Source: Mobula hypostoma
Taxonomy: Eukaryota
DNA: 64,000 bases
Assembly: GCF_963921235.1 (NCBI RefSeq)
Contig: NC_086108.1
Location: forward strand, 87,236,001-87,300,000
Direction: 5' to 3'
The notes under the pieces: model-generated
What the model was told of the DNA's origin: nothing
Seen by the model: only the letters and a program-made list of their open reading frames with translations
Database searches by the model: none
In this document: piece by piece, positions 36,936 to 50,258 of the stretch
How positions within the stretch are numbered: position 1 is the stretch's first letter
Layout: the number at the start of each line of letters is the position of its first letter
Program-made: the position numbers and the translations under genes

Positions 36936-38838
36936 TCAAAACTTTCTGAGTTGGCAGGAAAAAAGAGTCCCTAATCTGCATGTAATGAAGGTCAAGAAGT
37001 CATTGACATCTCATGGTTATGTAAAGAAGCAGTTGGCTTGGAGATGCTTCTGGTGGTTCTTGACCTTCGAGGGCATCCAGTACCTATGTGACTACCTTCA
37101 GCTTCCTCCAGAAATTTTTCCTGCTATATTACGACACAAGACCCATTCTGAAACTGCAAGGCCAGAGCCTAATGATCCAACTGATCATGATCAAAGATTT
37201 GGATTAGACAAGAGGGCTGAAGCTGGGGCTGGTGCAGACACAGAATTCCAGTTTAGATGTGGATTTGGTCGTGGATGTGGACATCCTCAGTAATGTGTAC
37301 AACTTGCTCTAAAAAATAAAAAGTCAATTGAAATGAAAAAAAAAGTGGAGAGAGTAACTTCAGCAGCTACACATCTGGCAAAGTGCTTCTAATATGTTAT
37401 GTGGGCCTGCTACCTCTGCCTTTACATGCCCGTCTCTTTCAGATTTTAGGCCTCGTATAATGTCAAAACCTGGACCCTGTAATGTTAATAACAGTACAGT
37501 TCACATCTTAAACACTGCTAATCACAGCCTGTGTAAAGCCAGCTTCAGCCAATTCCTGAAGCAATGGAAGAGACCCAGGATTAATTATATAGTCATTGAC
37601 AGAGTAGCAGTGTACTTCAGACCCAAGAGCACGTGGGACCTTCTTGCAGCTAGAATTGCAACCTCTCCCTCCTCCCACCCGTTCATTTCTACCCATGGGA
37701 AAGGCTGTCACTTACTAGTCCACCATTTGTTGGCCCTCCCAACTTGCATGGTTTGCCAAACCAAAGGAACAGACAGTTAAGAGTCAAGTCCATTACTGTG
37801 GGGCTAGGTGTGAGCCAGAGCTGGTAGATTCATTTCACTGAAGAATGTTGGTGAGTCAGAAAAGGTTTTTACAACAATCTGCCAGTTCTACAGTACTATG
37901 TCAAATGAAGTGAACCACACAAAGATTCCCGTTTCATTAGGCGGAATGAGTCACTAACCAAAATCAAATTAGATCTGTAGTGCTTAGATTGTCACTGAAT
38001 GAACAGGCAACACTTTTCACTCAGAGAGTGGTGCAAGTGTTGAACAAGCTGCTCAAGGAATTGCTAGATATAAGTTCAATTGTACCATTAAAGAAGTTTA
38101 GATAGGTACATGGATGAGAGGAATTTGGAGGAATATGGTACAGGTGCAGATAGATTGGACTAGGTGGATCAAGTCAGCCTGGAGAAGGGACAAAAGGCCT
38201 GTTTCTATGCTGTAGTACTCTCTGATTATATATGGGCTATATATATATATACTTAGTTTGACTGTCCATGCCAGTATCCTGATAGTCATGCTCTCTACCA
38301 GAAGTAATCTAAGATCGAAGCTTCCCATTTGTGGTCATGGTAGTATCTGAACCCACTTCCACAATGGGCAGTAGTTCTTTGAATGCTTCAGGCAATGTCT
38401 GTTTATGATAATATAGCTTAGCTCACAGGTGCAGGCCGGGTGTGCTAAAAGAGCAGGTTGCTAAACATAGCATTACCTTCCGAATCCCTTGCGTGAAGCT
38501 CAAATATATACACTGTATACGCCCCTCACTAGCTGAAAATGCCAGCTTTTCTGACCTTGTGGTTAAGAGACAGCATTCCATCACCTGGGTGTTCACCTGT
38601 TCTGCCGTCGCACTGCAGAGATAGACAGGATTTGCTGATGATGCAAAATTCGGCACCACTTCACCTGCTTTCAATCAGCTTAACTGTACTGCAGCAGTTG
38701 TGGAAATGTAACTCTCAGCTTGTGTGTATTGCCTCAAAAATAAACTTTATTCGCAATAAAATCATATTCACGGGAACAAACAAAGTGGAAAGCTCTTTAC
38801 ATCTTTCGTGCCATTTGATCAAGGCATTCAGTGGTGTT

Positions 38839-40100
38839 GTGTATGAAGGATCTCAGTCATCCAGGTCTTTGCATATCAAGCAGTAGTAAATCAAGGCAGC
38901 TGAACTTGCTGCGTTGTCTGGAAGACATTTCGCCACTCATCCAAGAAGCTTCTTCAGTTCTGATCAATGGTGGGTAGTTTTCTGGCTTATAAACTCTGTG
39001 AGTTGTTTAAAGGTATAGCAATCACATGAGGGTCGTTTAGAGTTGTAGAGGTAATGAGAAGATGTCGAGAACAATAGACTGGCCTTTTTAGACTGTGCAG
39101 TGCTTATTAAAGAAAATGCACATCTAGGCATTGAAGTTTACAGGAAACCAACCCACACAGATCAGTATCTACGGTTTCACTAATCTGTCATTGCAACATA
39201 AGTTGGGGGTTATCAGATCACTACATCCCTGCGCTGAGAATGTGCCCACGAGCATCATAGCTAAAGACAAGGAGCACAAGTATTTGAGAGAAGCCTTGAA
39301 AGCTTGTGGCTAGCCTGACTGGGCCTTCATCAAGACAGCAACAAAAACCAGCAGGGACATCAGCCCAACAGACAGAGGTAAGGAGCAAAGCAGACGGAAA
39401 AACTAGTCATCCCATATGTAGCTGGAGTTTCAGAGAAACTCAGAAGCATTTTCAACAAATACCAAATCCCTAGGTTTTCCAAACCTACAAATGCACTCAG
39501 ACAGAAACTCATCCACCACAAGGATCCTACACTGAAACATAAACAGAGCAATATTGTAGATGCTATCCAGTGCAATGAGAACTGCATAGATCTGTATATC
39601 AGCGAGACAAAACAATCACTTCACAAACGGATGGCCCAGCATAGGAGACCCAACACCTCAGGTCAAGACTTAGCTGTATATCTGCACCTAAAGGACAAGG
39701 GACACGCCTTTGATGATAACAATGTGCACATTTTGGACAGGCGGGACGGGTAGCTTGAAAGAGGGGTGAATGGGGCCATCCCTGTCACACTGGAAAACCC
39801 ATCACTGAACAGAGGGGGGTGGGTACAACACCACCTGTCACCTACTTACATCTCAACCCTGGTGTCTCCACAACAGTTCACACCTCCATTCATGGAAAGA
39901 TAAGACTAATAACCCTCTCATTACCTCTACAACTCCTAATGACCCTCATGTGATTGCTATACCTTTAAAGAGCTCACAGAGTTTATCAGCCAGAAAAGTA
40001 CCCACCATGGATCAGAACTGAAGAAGCCTCTCGGATGAGTGGCAAAATGTCTTCCAGACAACACAGCAAGTACAGATGTCTTGATTTACTACTGCTTGAT
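38839..40100 (+). mobile_element. Penelope-like element, second family, with long inverted terminal repeats
   Basis: VYRKPTHTDQYL-like, LQHKLGVIRSL, IPYVAGVSEKL, AIQCNENCIDLYISETKQ (GIY-YIG); ~187-bp inverted repeat 38873-39059 / 39916-40102; 13-bp TSD ATTCAG(TG/GC)GTGTT. Confidence 0.9.
38921..38960 (-). ncRNA. Minimal hammerhead ribozyme motif, family 2 (partner copy 40015-40054 +)
   Basis: GAA-CTGAAGA-A-stem II-GAAA-TGTC-TTC; CpG decay of CGTC. Confidence 0.5.
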
Positions 40101-40221
40101 ATTCAGGCGTGTTAGCACTTTTTTTTAACAAGGCTAAGCCCGGCCATCTTTTTGGATTCTGTTCTGGGTGGACTCTGGAGACAGGTATAGAAATAACATA
40201 TAGGAAGCATTTGAAAAAAGG

Positions 40222-40510
40222 GTCATTGAGTCATAGAAAAGTACAGCACAGAAACAGGCCCTTCTTCCCATCTAGTCCATGCTAAACCATTTAAACTGCC
40301 TGATCCATTGACCCGCATCGAAACCATAGCCCTCCATATCCCTACCATCCATGTACCTATCCAAACTTCTCTTAAACATTGTAGGGGCAGAGTTTGGAAG
40401 GATATGAGCAGAACACAGGAATTTGGACTAGTTGGGTAGTTTCACGGTCAGATTGGACTTGTTGGGCTAAAGGTCCTGCATCAAGGCTGGATTGCTCTAT
40501 GACTCTCAAA
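40222..40510. mobile_element. Two short CR1 3' ends in opposite orientations
   Basis: GTCATAGAAAAGTACAGCACAGAAACAGGCCC (-) and GGGCTAAAGGTCCTG...CTCTATGACTCT (+). Confidence 0.65.
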
Positions 40511-40700
40511 TCAGTGAGGGTAAGCACACTTGAGTGGTGCTGGGGTAATCCATGCTGGAGAACTAACACTAGGTCCAATGGCCCTGCAATGATTGACTTG
40601 CATGTTTGGCATTTTCCACAGCATTAATTTCCCTGGGGTTGTACCCATCTGGCCAATTTTCACAGTGGCACCAGCTGTTCGTCTGCTAAAGACATTGTTG

Positions 40701-43700
40701 AACATAAAACATAGAACATAGGATAGTACAGCACAGTACAGGCCCTTCGGCCCACAATGTTGTGCTGACCCTCAAACCCTGCCTCCCATATAAGCCCCCA
40801 CCTTAAATTCCTCCATATACCTGTCTAGTAGTCTCTTAAACTTCACAAGTGTATCTGCCTCCACCACTGACTCAGGCAGTGCATTCCACGCACCAACCAC
40901 TCTCTGAGTAAAAAACCTTCCTCTAACGTCCCCCTTGAACTTCCCACCCCTTAACTTAAAGCCATGTCCTCTTGTATTGAGCAGTGGTGCCCTGGGGAAG
41001 AGGCGCTGGCTATCCACTCTATCTATTCCTCTTTTTATCTTGTACACCTCTATCATGTCTCCTCTCATCCTCCTTCTCTCCAAAGAGTAAAGCCCTAGCT
41101 CCCTTAATCTCTGATCATAATGCACACTCTCTAAACCAGGCAGCATCCTGGTAAATCTCCTCTGTACCCTTTCCAATGCTTCCACATCCTTCCTATAGTG
41201 AGGTGACCAGAACTGGACACAGTACTCCATGTGTGGCCTAACCAGAGTTTTATAGATCTGCATCATTACATCGGGAACTTAAACTCTATCCCTCAACTAA
41301 TGAAAGCTAGCACCCCATAAGCTTTCTTAACTACCCTATCCACCTGTGAGGCAACTTTCAGGGATCTGTGGACATGTATCCCCAGATTCCTCTGCTCCTC
41401 CATATTACCAAGTATCCTGCCATTTACTTTGTACTCTGCCTTGGAGTTTGTCCTTCCAAAGTGTACCACCTCACACTTCTCCAGGTTGAACTCCATCTGC
41501 CACTTCTCAGCCCACTTCTGCATCCTATCAATGTCTCCGTGCAATCTTTGACAATCCTCTACACTATCTACAACACCATCAACCTTTGTGTCGTCTGCAA
41601 ATTTGCCAACCCACCCTTCTACCACAACATCCAGGTCGTTAATTAAAATCACGAAAAGTAGAGGTCCCAGAATAGATCCTTGTGGGACACCACTAGTCAC
41701 AATCCTCCAATCTGAATGTACTCCCTCCACCACGACCCTCTGCCTTCTGCAGACAAGCCAATTCTGAATCCACCTGGCCAAACTTCCCTGGACCCCATGC
41801 CTTCTGACTTTCTGAATAAGCCTACCATGTGGAACCTTGTCAAATGCCTTACTAAAATCCATATAGATCACATCCACTGCACTACCCTCATCTATATGCC
41901 TGGTCACCTCCTCAAAGAACTCTATCAGGCTTGTTAGACACGATCCGCCCTTCACAAAGCCATGCTGACTGTCCCTGAACAGACCATGATTCTCTAAATG
42001 CCCAGAGATCCTATCTCTAAGAATCTTTTCTAACAGCTTTCCCACCACAGACGTAAGGCTCACTGGTCTATAATTACTCAGAATATACCTATTACCTTTT
42101 TTGAACAAGGGGACAACATTCGCCTCCCTCCAATCCTCCGTGGACAACGAGGACATAAAGATCCTAGCCAGAGGCTCAGCAATCTCTTCTCTCACCTCGT
42201 GGAGCAGCCTGGGGAATATTCCATCAGGCCCCGGGGACTTATCCGTCCTAATGTATTTTAACAACTCCAACACCTCCTCTCCCTTAATATCAACATACTC
42301 CAGAACATCAACCTCACTCATATTGTCCTCACCATCATCAAGTTCCCTCTCATTTGTGAATACCGAAGAGAAGTATTCATTGAGGACCTCGCTCACTTCC
42401 ACAGCCTCCAGGCACATCTTCCCACCTTTATCTCTAATCGGTCCTACCTTCACTCCTGTCATCCTTTTTTTCTTCACATAATTGAAGAATGCCTTGGGGT
42501 TTTCCTTTACCCTACTCACCAAGGCCTTCTCACGCCCCCTTCTTGCTCTTCTCAGCCCCTTCTTAAGCTCCTTTCTTGCTTCCCTATATTCCTCAATAGA
42601 CCCATCTGATATTTGCTTCCTAAACCTCATGTATGCTGCCTTCTTCCACCTGACTAGATTTTCCACCTCTCTTGTCACCCATGGTTCCTTCACCCTACCA
42701 TTCTTTATCTTCCTCACCAGGACAAATTTATCCCTAACATCCTGCAAGAGATCCCTAAACATCGACCATATATCCATAGTACATTTCCCTGCAAAAACAT
42801 CATCCCAATTCACACCCACAAGTTCAAGCCTTACAGCCTCATAATTTGCCCGTCCCCAATTAAAAATTTTTCTGTCCTCTCTGATTCTATGCTTTTCCAT
42901 GATAATGCTAAAGGCCAGGGAGCAGTGGTCACTGTCCCCCAAATGCTCACCCACTGAGAGATCTGTGACCTGACCCGGTTCATTGCCTAGTACTAGATCT
43001 AGTATGGCATTCCCCCTAATCGGCCTATCCACATACTGTGACATGAATCTGTCCTGGACACACTTAACAAACTCTGCCTCTTTAAACCTTGGAACTAATC
43101 AGGTGCCAATCAATTTTAGGGAAGTTAAAATCACCCATGATAACAATCCTGTTATTTTTGCATCTTCCAAAATCTGCCTCCCAATCTGCTCCTCTGTATC
43201 TCTACTGCTACCAGGGGGCCTATAGAATACCCCCAATAGAGTAACTGCTCCCTTCCTGTTCCTGACTTCTACCCATACTGACTCAAAAGAGGATCCTGCT
43301 ACGTTACGCACCCTTTCTGTAACTGTAATAGTATCCCTGACCAGTAATGCCACCCCTCCTCCCCTTTTTCCGCCCTCTCTATCCCTTTTAAAGCACTGAA
43401 ATCCAGGAATATTGAGAATCCATTCCTGCCCTGGTGCCAGCCAAGTCTCTGTAATGGCCACTACATCATAATTCCATGTATGTATCCAAGCTCTCAGTTC
43501 GTCATCTTTGTTCCTGATGCTTCTTGCATTGAGGTACACACATTTCAGCCCTTCTACCTTACTGTCTTTACACTGTTTATTCTGCTTCTCTTTCCTCAAA
43601 GCCTCTCTATATGTTAGATCTGGCTTTACTCCATGCACTTCTTTCACTGCTCTATTGCTCTGGGTCCCATCCCCCTTGCAAATTAGTTTAAACCCTCCCA

Positions 43701-43918
43701 AACCATGCTAGCAAACCTACCTGCAAGGATATTGCTCCCCCTCGAGTTCAGGTGCAACCCATCCAATCTGTACAGGTCCCACCTTCCCCAGAAGAGATCC
43801 CAATGATCCAAAAATCTAAAACCCTGCTCCCTGCACCAACTCCTCAGCCACGCATTCAACTGCCATCTCCTCCAATTCTTACCATCACTGTCACATAGCA
43901 CTGGCAGCAATCCTGAGA
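40701..43918 (-). mobile_element. CR1 LINE: ORF1 C-terminus (SGNH/GDSL esterase) plus complete but frameshifted ORF2
   Basis: DLYRLDGLHLN (esterase); CVYLNARSI, VVAITETWL, GVFYRPP, LGDSDH (APE); SGVPQGS, KFADD (RT); (CATAGAA)n tail. Confidence 0.95.
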
Positions 43919-44098
43919 ATGGAATATCTCTCTTCATTCTCTATTCACAAAAACCTATTCATTCATGAAGTTAATGGTGGATGTTCTGGAGTTCAAACGT
44001 TGACTTGCTAAACCCCATGACAAAATAATCAAATGTCACAATTGTGCTTTTTCACCAGGATAGCAGTCACTTGTTGTAAATCAAACTTGGAATATCTT

Positions 44099-45798
44099 CC
44101 AACCAGTTTCCCTCTACCACCACTCTGCTCCGTCTCGCGGAATTAGTCCTTACTCTTAATAATTTCTCCTTTGGCTCCTCCCACTTCCTCCAAACTAAAG
44201 GTGTAGCCATGGGCACCCGTATGGGTCCCAGCTATGCCTGCCTTTTTGTTGGCTTTGTGGAACAATCCATGTTCCAAACCTATGCTGGTATCTGTCCCCC
44301 AATTTTCCTTCGCTACTGCATTGGCACTGCTTCCTGCAAAAATGCTGAGTTCGTTGACTTCATTAACTTTGCCTCCAACTTTCACCCTGCCCTCAAGTTC
44401 ACCTGGTCCATTTCCAACACCTCCCTCCCCTTTCTTGATCTTTCGGTCTCTATCTCTGGAGACACCTTATCTACTGATGTCTACTGTAAGCCTACTGACT
44501 CTCACAGCTATCTGGACTATTCCTCATCTCACCCTGTCTCTTGCAAAAATGCCATCCCATTCTTGTAATTCCTCCGTCTCTGCTGCATCTGCTGTCAGGA
44601 TGAGGCTTTTCATTCCAGGACGAAGGAGATGTTCTCCTTTTTTAAAGAAAGGGGCTTCCCTTCCTCCACCATCAACCCTGCTCTCAAATGCATCTCTCCC
44701 ATTTCAAGCACATCTGCTCTCACCCCATCCTCCCGCCACCCCACTAGGAATAGGGTTCCCCTTGTCCTCACCCACTACCCCACCAGCCTCTAGGTCCAAC
44801 ATATTATTCTCTGTAACTTTCGTCACCTCCAACGGAATCCCACTACTAAACATATCTTTCCCTCCCCCCCCCCATTTTCCACAGGGATCGCTTCCTATGT
44901 GACTCCCTTGTCCATTCGTCCGCCCCCCCATCCCTTCCTACTGATCTCCCTCCCAGCACTTATCCTTGTAAGCGGAACAAGTGCTACACATGCCCTTACA
45001 TTTCCTCCCTTACCACCATTCAGGGCCCCAGACAGTCCTTCCAGGTGAGGCGACACTTCACCTGTGAGTCGGCTGGGGTGATATACTGCGTCCGGTGCTC
45101 CCGATGTGGCCTTCTATATATTGGCGAGACCTGACGCAGACTGGGAGATCGTTTTGCTGAACACCTATGCTCTGTCCGCCAGAGAAAGTAGGATCTCCCA
45201 GTGGCCACACATTTTAATTCCATGTTCCATTCCCATTCTGATATGTCTATCCACGGCCTCCTCTACTGTCAAGATGAAGCCACACTCAGGTTGGAGGAAC
45301 AACATCTTGTATTCTGTCTGGGTAGCCTTCAACCTGATGGCATGAACGTTGACTTCTCTAACTTCTGTTAGTGCCTCCCCTTCGTACCTCATCTAATATT
45401 TATTTATTTTTTTATTACTATTAATTTACTTTTCTCTCTCCTTTTTCTCCCTCTGTCCCTCTCACTATACTCCTTGCCCATCCTCTGGGCTCCCCCCCAC
45501 TTCCTTTCTCCCTAGGCCTCCTGTCCCATGATCCTCTCGTATCCCTTTTGTGAATCAACTTTCCAGCTCTTAGCTCCATCCCTTCCCCCTCCTGTCTTCT
45601 CCTATCATTTCGGATCACCCCTTTCACCACCCACTTTCAAATCTCTTACCATCTCTTCTTTCAATTAGTCCTGACGAAGGGTCTCAGCCCGAAACATCAA
45701 CTGTACCTCCTCCTATAGATGCTGCCTGGCCTGCTGTGTTCACCAGCAGCTTTTATGTGTGTTGCTTGAAATTCCAGCATCTGCAGATTTCCTCATGT
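44099..45798 (+). mobile_element. Penelope-like element, 5'-truncated (RT + GIY-YIG + terminal repeat)
   Basis: GVAMGTRMGPSYA, FLDLSV, YCKPTDSHSYLDY, VIYCVRCSRCGLLYIGET; 12-bp TSD TTGG(A/G)ATATCTT at 44087-44098 and 45799-45810. Confidence 0.93.
45667..45702 (+). ncRNA. Minimal hammerhead ribozyme motif (decayed stem III)
   Basis: AGTC-CTGACGA-A-GGGTCTCAGCCC-GAAA-CATC-AACT. Confidence 0.5.
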
Positions 45799-46449
45799 TT
45801 GGGATATCTTTTGTCTTTGTAGCTTAGGTAGTCATTGACTCAACTGACCAGCCATGAGGGAGTAAGTAATTCTCAGAATCTTCATTGATTGTAGTGAGTG
45901 CATTCATCATGTAAACCAGGGTTTTTTTTCTCATGGTGGATGGAACTAGTGCACAGTCTATGGATGACAACAGTCTTTTGGTCACCTACCAACACAGATC
46001 CTGGTTCCTCAGTCCCTCACTTGTGACAAACACACAATCCCATCAGCAGCTTGCAAGCATGAAGTGAATGTAAAATCCAGACTCTCAGCTCCCTTAGTTA
46101 ACATGCACCTTTTTGATGTTTGAGTTGTTAACCAGCATCAGCAAACAGAACATTCTGGAAATATTATCTTGTTGGATATACCCAATGCAGGAATTGGTTT
46201 CACCCACTAAACTGTTTGAAAACCAGAGCCAATTCCATAAGATTAATAAATATATTTCAAATGAATGTCCATCATTTCTGTCTGTAGTTCATTTCTATTG
46301 CACCACAGGAGTTTCTGTTCGAAATAAAACCTTTATAACCAGCAATTTATAGCTAACATTAATGAATGTGGCAATCTATTATCTTTGGCTGATATAAGTA
46401 ATTGCCCATTATAAATATTAATGTTTTGAGTGCAAGTGGCTATAACTAC

Positions 46450-46705
46450 TGTAGGACAGAGATGAGGAGGAATTTCTTTAGCCAGATGGTGATGAATCTG
46501 TGGACTTCATTGTCACAGACAGCTGTGGAGGCCAAGTCATTGGTCATATGTAAAGCAGAGGTTGACAGTTCCTTGGTTAGTAAGGGTGAGAACAGTTACA
46601 GGCAGAAGGGGAGAATGGGTTCGGGAGGAATCATGCATCAGCCAGGACGGAATGGCAGTGAAGACTCAGTGGGCCGAATTGCCTAAATCTGCTCCTAAGT
46701 CTTAA
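46450..46705 (+). mobile_element. CR1 3' end
   Basis: RTEMRRNFFSQ.V.NLW. Confidence 0.8.
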
Positions 46706-47139
46706 GGCGTTACATATAACTACACTGTCTGCCTTTTCAATTGCACTGTACTGCAGGGCTTCAGCAATAAGTGTGCATATAAGCTGAATGGCAGATCTTG
46801 CTGGCATTGTGCCTGTACCCCAGTTCACCATCTGCAATAACCCTACGTCCATACTTGGTTCAAATGTGACAGGGCAATTTCACTTCCATTGGAATCCAGG
46901 AATACAATCTAGTCAGTGGTACTATCTCCAGAAGTTTGTGAAATATTTGAATGCAAGAGCTGGGACATCATGTTACAACTGCACAGATCATTGATGAGTT
47001 TACACATGGAATGCTCTTCAGTTCTGGTCACCACTCTACAGGAAGGATAAGCCATAAAGTGTCTGAATAATATTTAATGCCCTTGGCATTCGATGATATT
47101 TAAAAACGTTATTAAAAACCAAAGAAGTTGTAAACATGT

Positions 47140-47815
47140 AAATTAAAATCAAAGTTCAAAGTAAATGTATTATCAAAGTACATACAGTATGTACAGTATA
47201 TGTCACCATATACAACCCTGAGACTTGTTTTCTTGTGGGCTTTCACAATAAATACAAAGAAACACAACAGAATCAGTAAAAGATTGCACTTAACAGGATG
47301 GACAAACAACCATAATACAAAAGATAAACTGTGCAGATATAAAAAGAAAATAGTAATAGTAAATAAGCAATAAATATCGAGAACATGAAATGAAGAGTCC
47401 TTGAAAGTGAGTCCTTAGGTTGTAGGAATAGTTCAGTATGGGGTAAGTGAAGTTATACCACTTGGTTCAATGGGGTGATGATTGAGGGTTAATAACTGTT
47501 CCTGAACCTGGCTCCTGAGGCTGCCATACTTTCTTCCTGATGCAAGCAGCAAGAAGAGAGCATGGCCTGGATGGTGGGACCTTGATGACAGACACTGCTT
47601 TCCTGCAACAACGCTCCAAGTGGATGTGCTCAATAATGGGAAGAGATTTACCCCTGAAGGACTGGGACAAATCCACTACTTTTTGTAGCATTTTCCATTT
47701 AAGGGTGTTGACGTTTCCCTAAAAGTCAGCAATGCAACCAGCATGTTCACTCCATCACACATCTGTAGAAGTTTGTCAAAGTTTTAGATGTTATGCCAAA
47801 TCTTCACAAAATTTG
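47140..47815 (-). mobile_element. Rex1-like 3' end
   Basis: HHPGHALF.LL.SGRKY; AAAGTTCAAAGTAAATGTATTATCAAAGTACAT tail. Confidence 0.8.
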
Positions 47816-47819
47816 GATA

Positions 47820-50258
47820 ATGTTGAGGGAGATGACCAAACAGAGGAAAGTCACAGTGGTCAGGTCTCTGGCACTGTCTGCCTTTGTGACTCAGAAGGGC
47901 AGGGGGGAGAAGAGGCTTGCTGTGGTGATAGGGGATTCATTAGTTAGGTGACCGGACAGGAGATTCTGTAGGCAAGAACAAGATTCCTGGGTGGTATGTT
48001 GCATCCTGGGTGCCAGGGTCTGCGATATCTTGGATTGAGTCCTCAGCATTCTTAAATGGGAGGGTGAACATCCTAAAATCATGATCCATGTAGGTACCAG
48101 AGGACTGGAAAACCGCAAAATGTCACTCCACTAAGAAAGGAAATTATAGACCAGTTAGCTTGACCTCAGTGGTTAGGAAGGTGTTGGAGTCAATTGCTAA
48201 GGATGAGGTCAGAGAGTACTTGGTGACACAGGACAGGAGAGGACAGAGTCAGCATGGTTTCCTTAAAGCAGAATGTTTCCTGATGAACCTGTTGGAATTC
48301 TTTGAAGAGATTACAAGTACGATAGATAAAGGGCTTTCAGTGGATGTTGTATATTTGGAGTTTCAGAAGGCTTTAACAAGGTGCCACACATGAGGCTGCT
48401 TACCAAGTAAAGAACCTATGGTATTACAGGAAAGTTACTAGCATGGTTAGAGTATTGGCTGATTGGTGGGAGGCAGCGAGTGGGAATAAAATGATCCTTT
48501 TCTGGGTGGCTACCAGTGACTTATGGTGTTCTGCAGGGGTCAGTGGTGGGGCCACTTCTTTTTATCCTATATATCAATGATTTAGATGATAGAATAGATG
48601 GCTTTGTTGCCAAGTTTTCAGATGATACAAAGATTGGTGGAGGATCAGGTAGAGTTGAGGAAACAGGAAGGTTGCAGATGGACTTCTACAGATTGGGGAA
48701 ATGGGCAAGAAAATGGCAAATGAAACACAATATTGGAAAATGCATGGTCATGCGTTTTGGTAGAGAAATAAATGTGCAGACTATTTTCTAAACAGGGAGA
48801 ACATCTAAAAAACTGAGGTGCAAAAGGACTTAGGAGTCCTTGTGCATCCAAAAGTTAACTCACAGGTTGAGTGGCTGATGAGGAAGGCAAATGCAATGTT
48901 GGCATTCATTTCAAGACATCTAGAATATAAGAGCAGGGATGTGATGATGGGGCTTTATAAGGCACTGGTGAGGCCTCACCTTGAGTATTGTGAACAGTTT
49001 TGGCCTTCTTATCTAAGCAAAGATGTGTTGGAGAAGGTTCAGAGGAGGTTCATAAGGATGATTCTGGGAATAAAAGATGAGAAAAGGTGGATGTGGTGAG
49101 GATGTTTTCTCTGGCGGGGGTGTCCAGAACTAGAGGGCACAGCCTCAAAATGTAGGAACGACCTTTTCAAACAAAAGTAAGGAGGAATTTTTATGGGCAA
49201 AGAGTGGTGAATCTGTGGAATGCTCAAACGCAGACTGCAGTGGTGACCAAGTCTGTGGGTATTGTTACGTACCCCGTAACTGGGTTGCCAAACCAGCAGA
49301 AATGGACCACTTAGTTGGAGTCTGGATTACTGGAACTAAGAAAGTGTTTATTAAAGAAATAAGTAACACAGTATTCTAATAGTAAGGATATAAATGCAAC
49401 AGGTTAGCAACGATAAAACACGCATGTACACAGAACTAGGATAATAGGAATCAATCAAGCTCCTTCACAGTCTAGGGGTAAATGATCAGTCTCAAGTGAC
49501 ACAGAGTTCAGTTCAGCTGAATACAGTTCGCAGTAATCGCCGTGGTGCTGTTGGAGAGAGAGAGAGAGAGCGAATGATGATATTCAAATCGGATTCAAAC
49601 AGACCTTTGATATTCCTCGCAGTTAGCTTTCGGGCGAGCCCTTTGTAATGTCTTCTGAGGTCACTGACTGTGACCCCTCCGTTCCGGATACAATCGTTCT
49701 TCTGTGGTGAACCCGACACCCAGGCAAGGGCGGACACACACACTAGGTTCCCGCTGATCGTACCTTTTCACCCTGTGTGTCTATGGTCGGTCCCGCGACC
49801 AGACCTCCAAAAACTCCCACCAACTTGTGGCGGGGGGCACACCGCACTTCCAGGGTCTCGCTACCTCGTGATCTCATGGTGTGTGTCTTGCCTTAATGAA
49901 CCTGTTCCTTTTATCCCCCTGCTGGGGTATTGCCTATCCATCAAACTTCAAACAGTTCAGGTTCAAAGCAACTGGTCTGACAATACTCAGAACTGTGTCT
50001 CTTTTCGTTAATCTCTCTTCTCTCTCTTATTAACATTTGGAATGTTTCTCTCTTTGTCTCTCTTATCAGCATCAAACTTCTGATAACTTGGTCTTTTGTC
50101 ACAGTATATTTAAAGCAGAAGTTGATATATTCCTGATTGGTTGGGGCATCAAGGGATTTGGTGAGAGTGGAGGTGTGTGGGGTTGAATGGGATCTGGGAT
50201 CAGCCATGATGAAATGTTGGAGCCGTCTCATTGGGTTGAATGGCCTAGTTCTGCTCAT
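47820..50258 (+). mobile_element. CR1 LINE with ORF1 fragment joined to RT, interrupted by a solo LTR
   Basis: VIGDSLV, CCI.GARV, IMIHVGT (ORF1) at 47920-48098, then RPVSLTSVV, QGSVVGPLLF, KFSDD; 3' end resumes at 50104. Confidence 0.88.
49263..50103 (-). mobile_element. Solo LTR (841 bp)
   Basis: TGTTAC...GTCACA termini; 4-bp TSD GTAT; minus-strand AATAAA near 49350. Confidence 0.85.

Noticed and set aside
38873..40102. DNA transposon with long TIRs
   Set aside because: The interior encodes Penelope RT-thumb/GIY-YIG sequence and the repeats carry hammerhead motifs.
25256..42844. Long plus-strand ORFs (25256-25831, 32038-32685, 42101-42844)
   Set aside because: Antisense shadows of CR1 ORF2.
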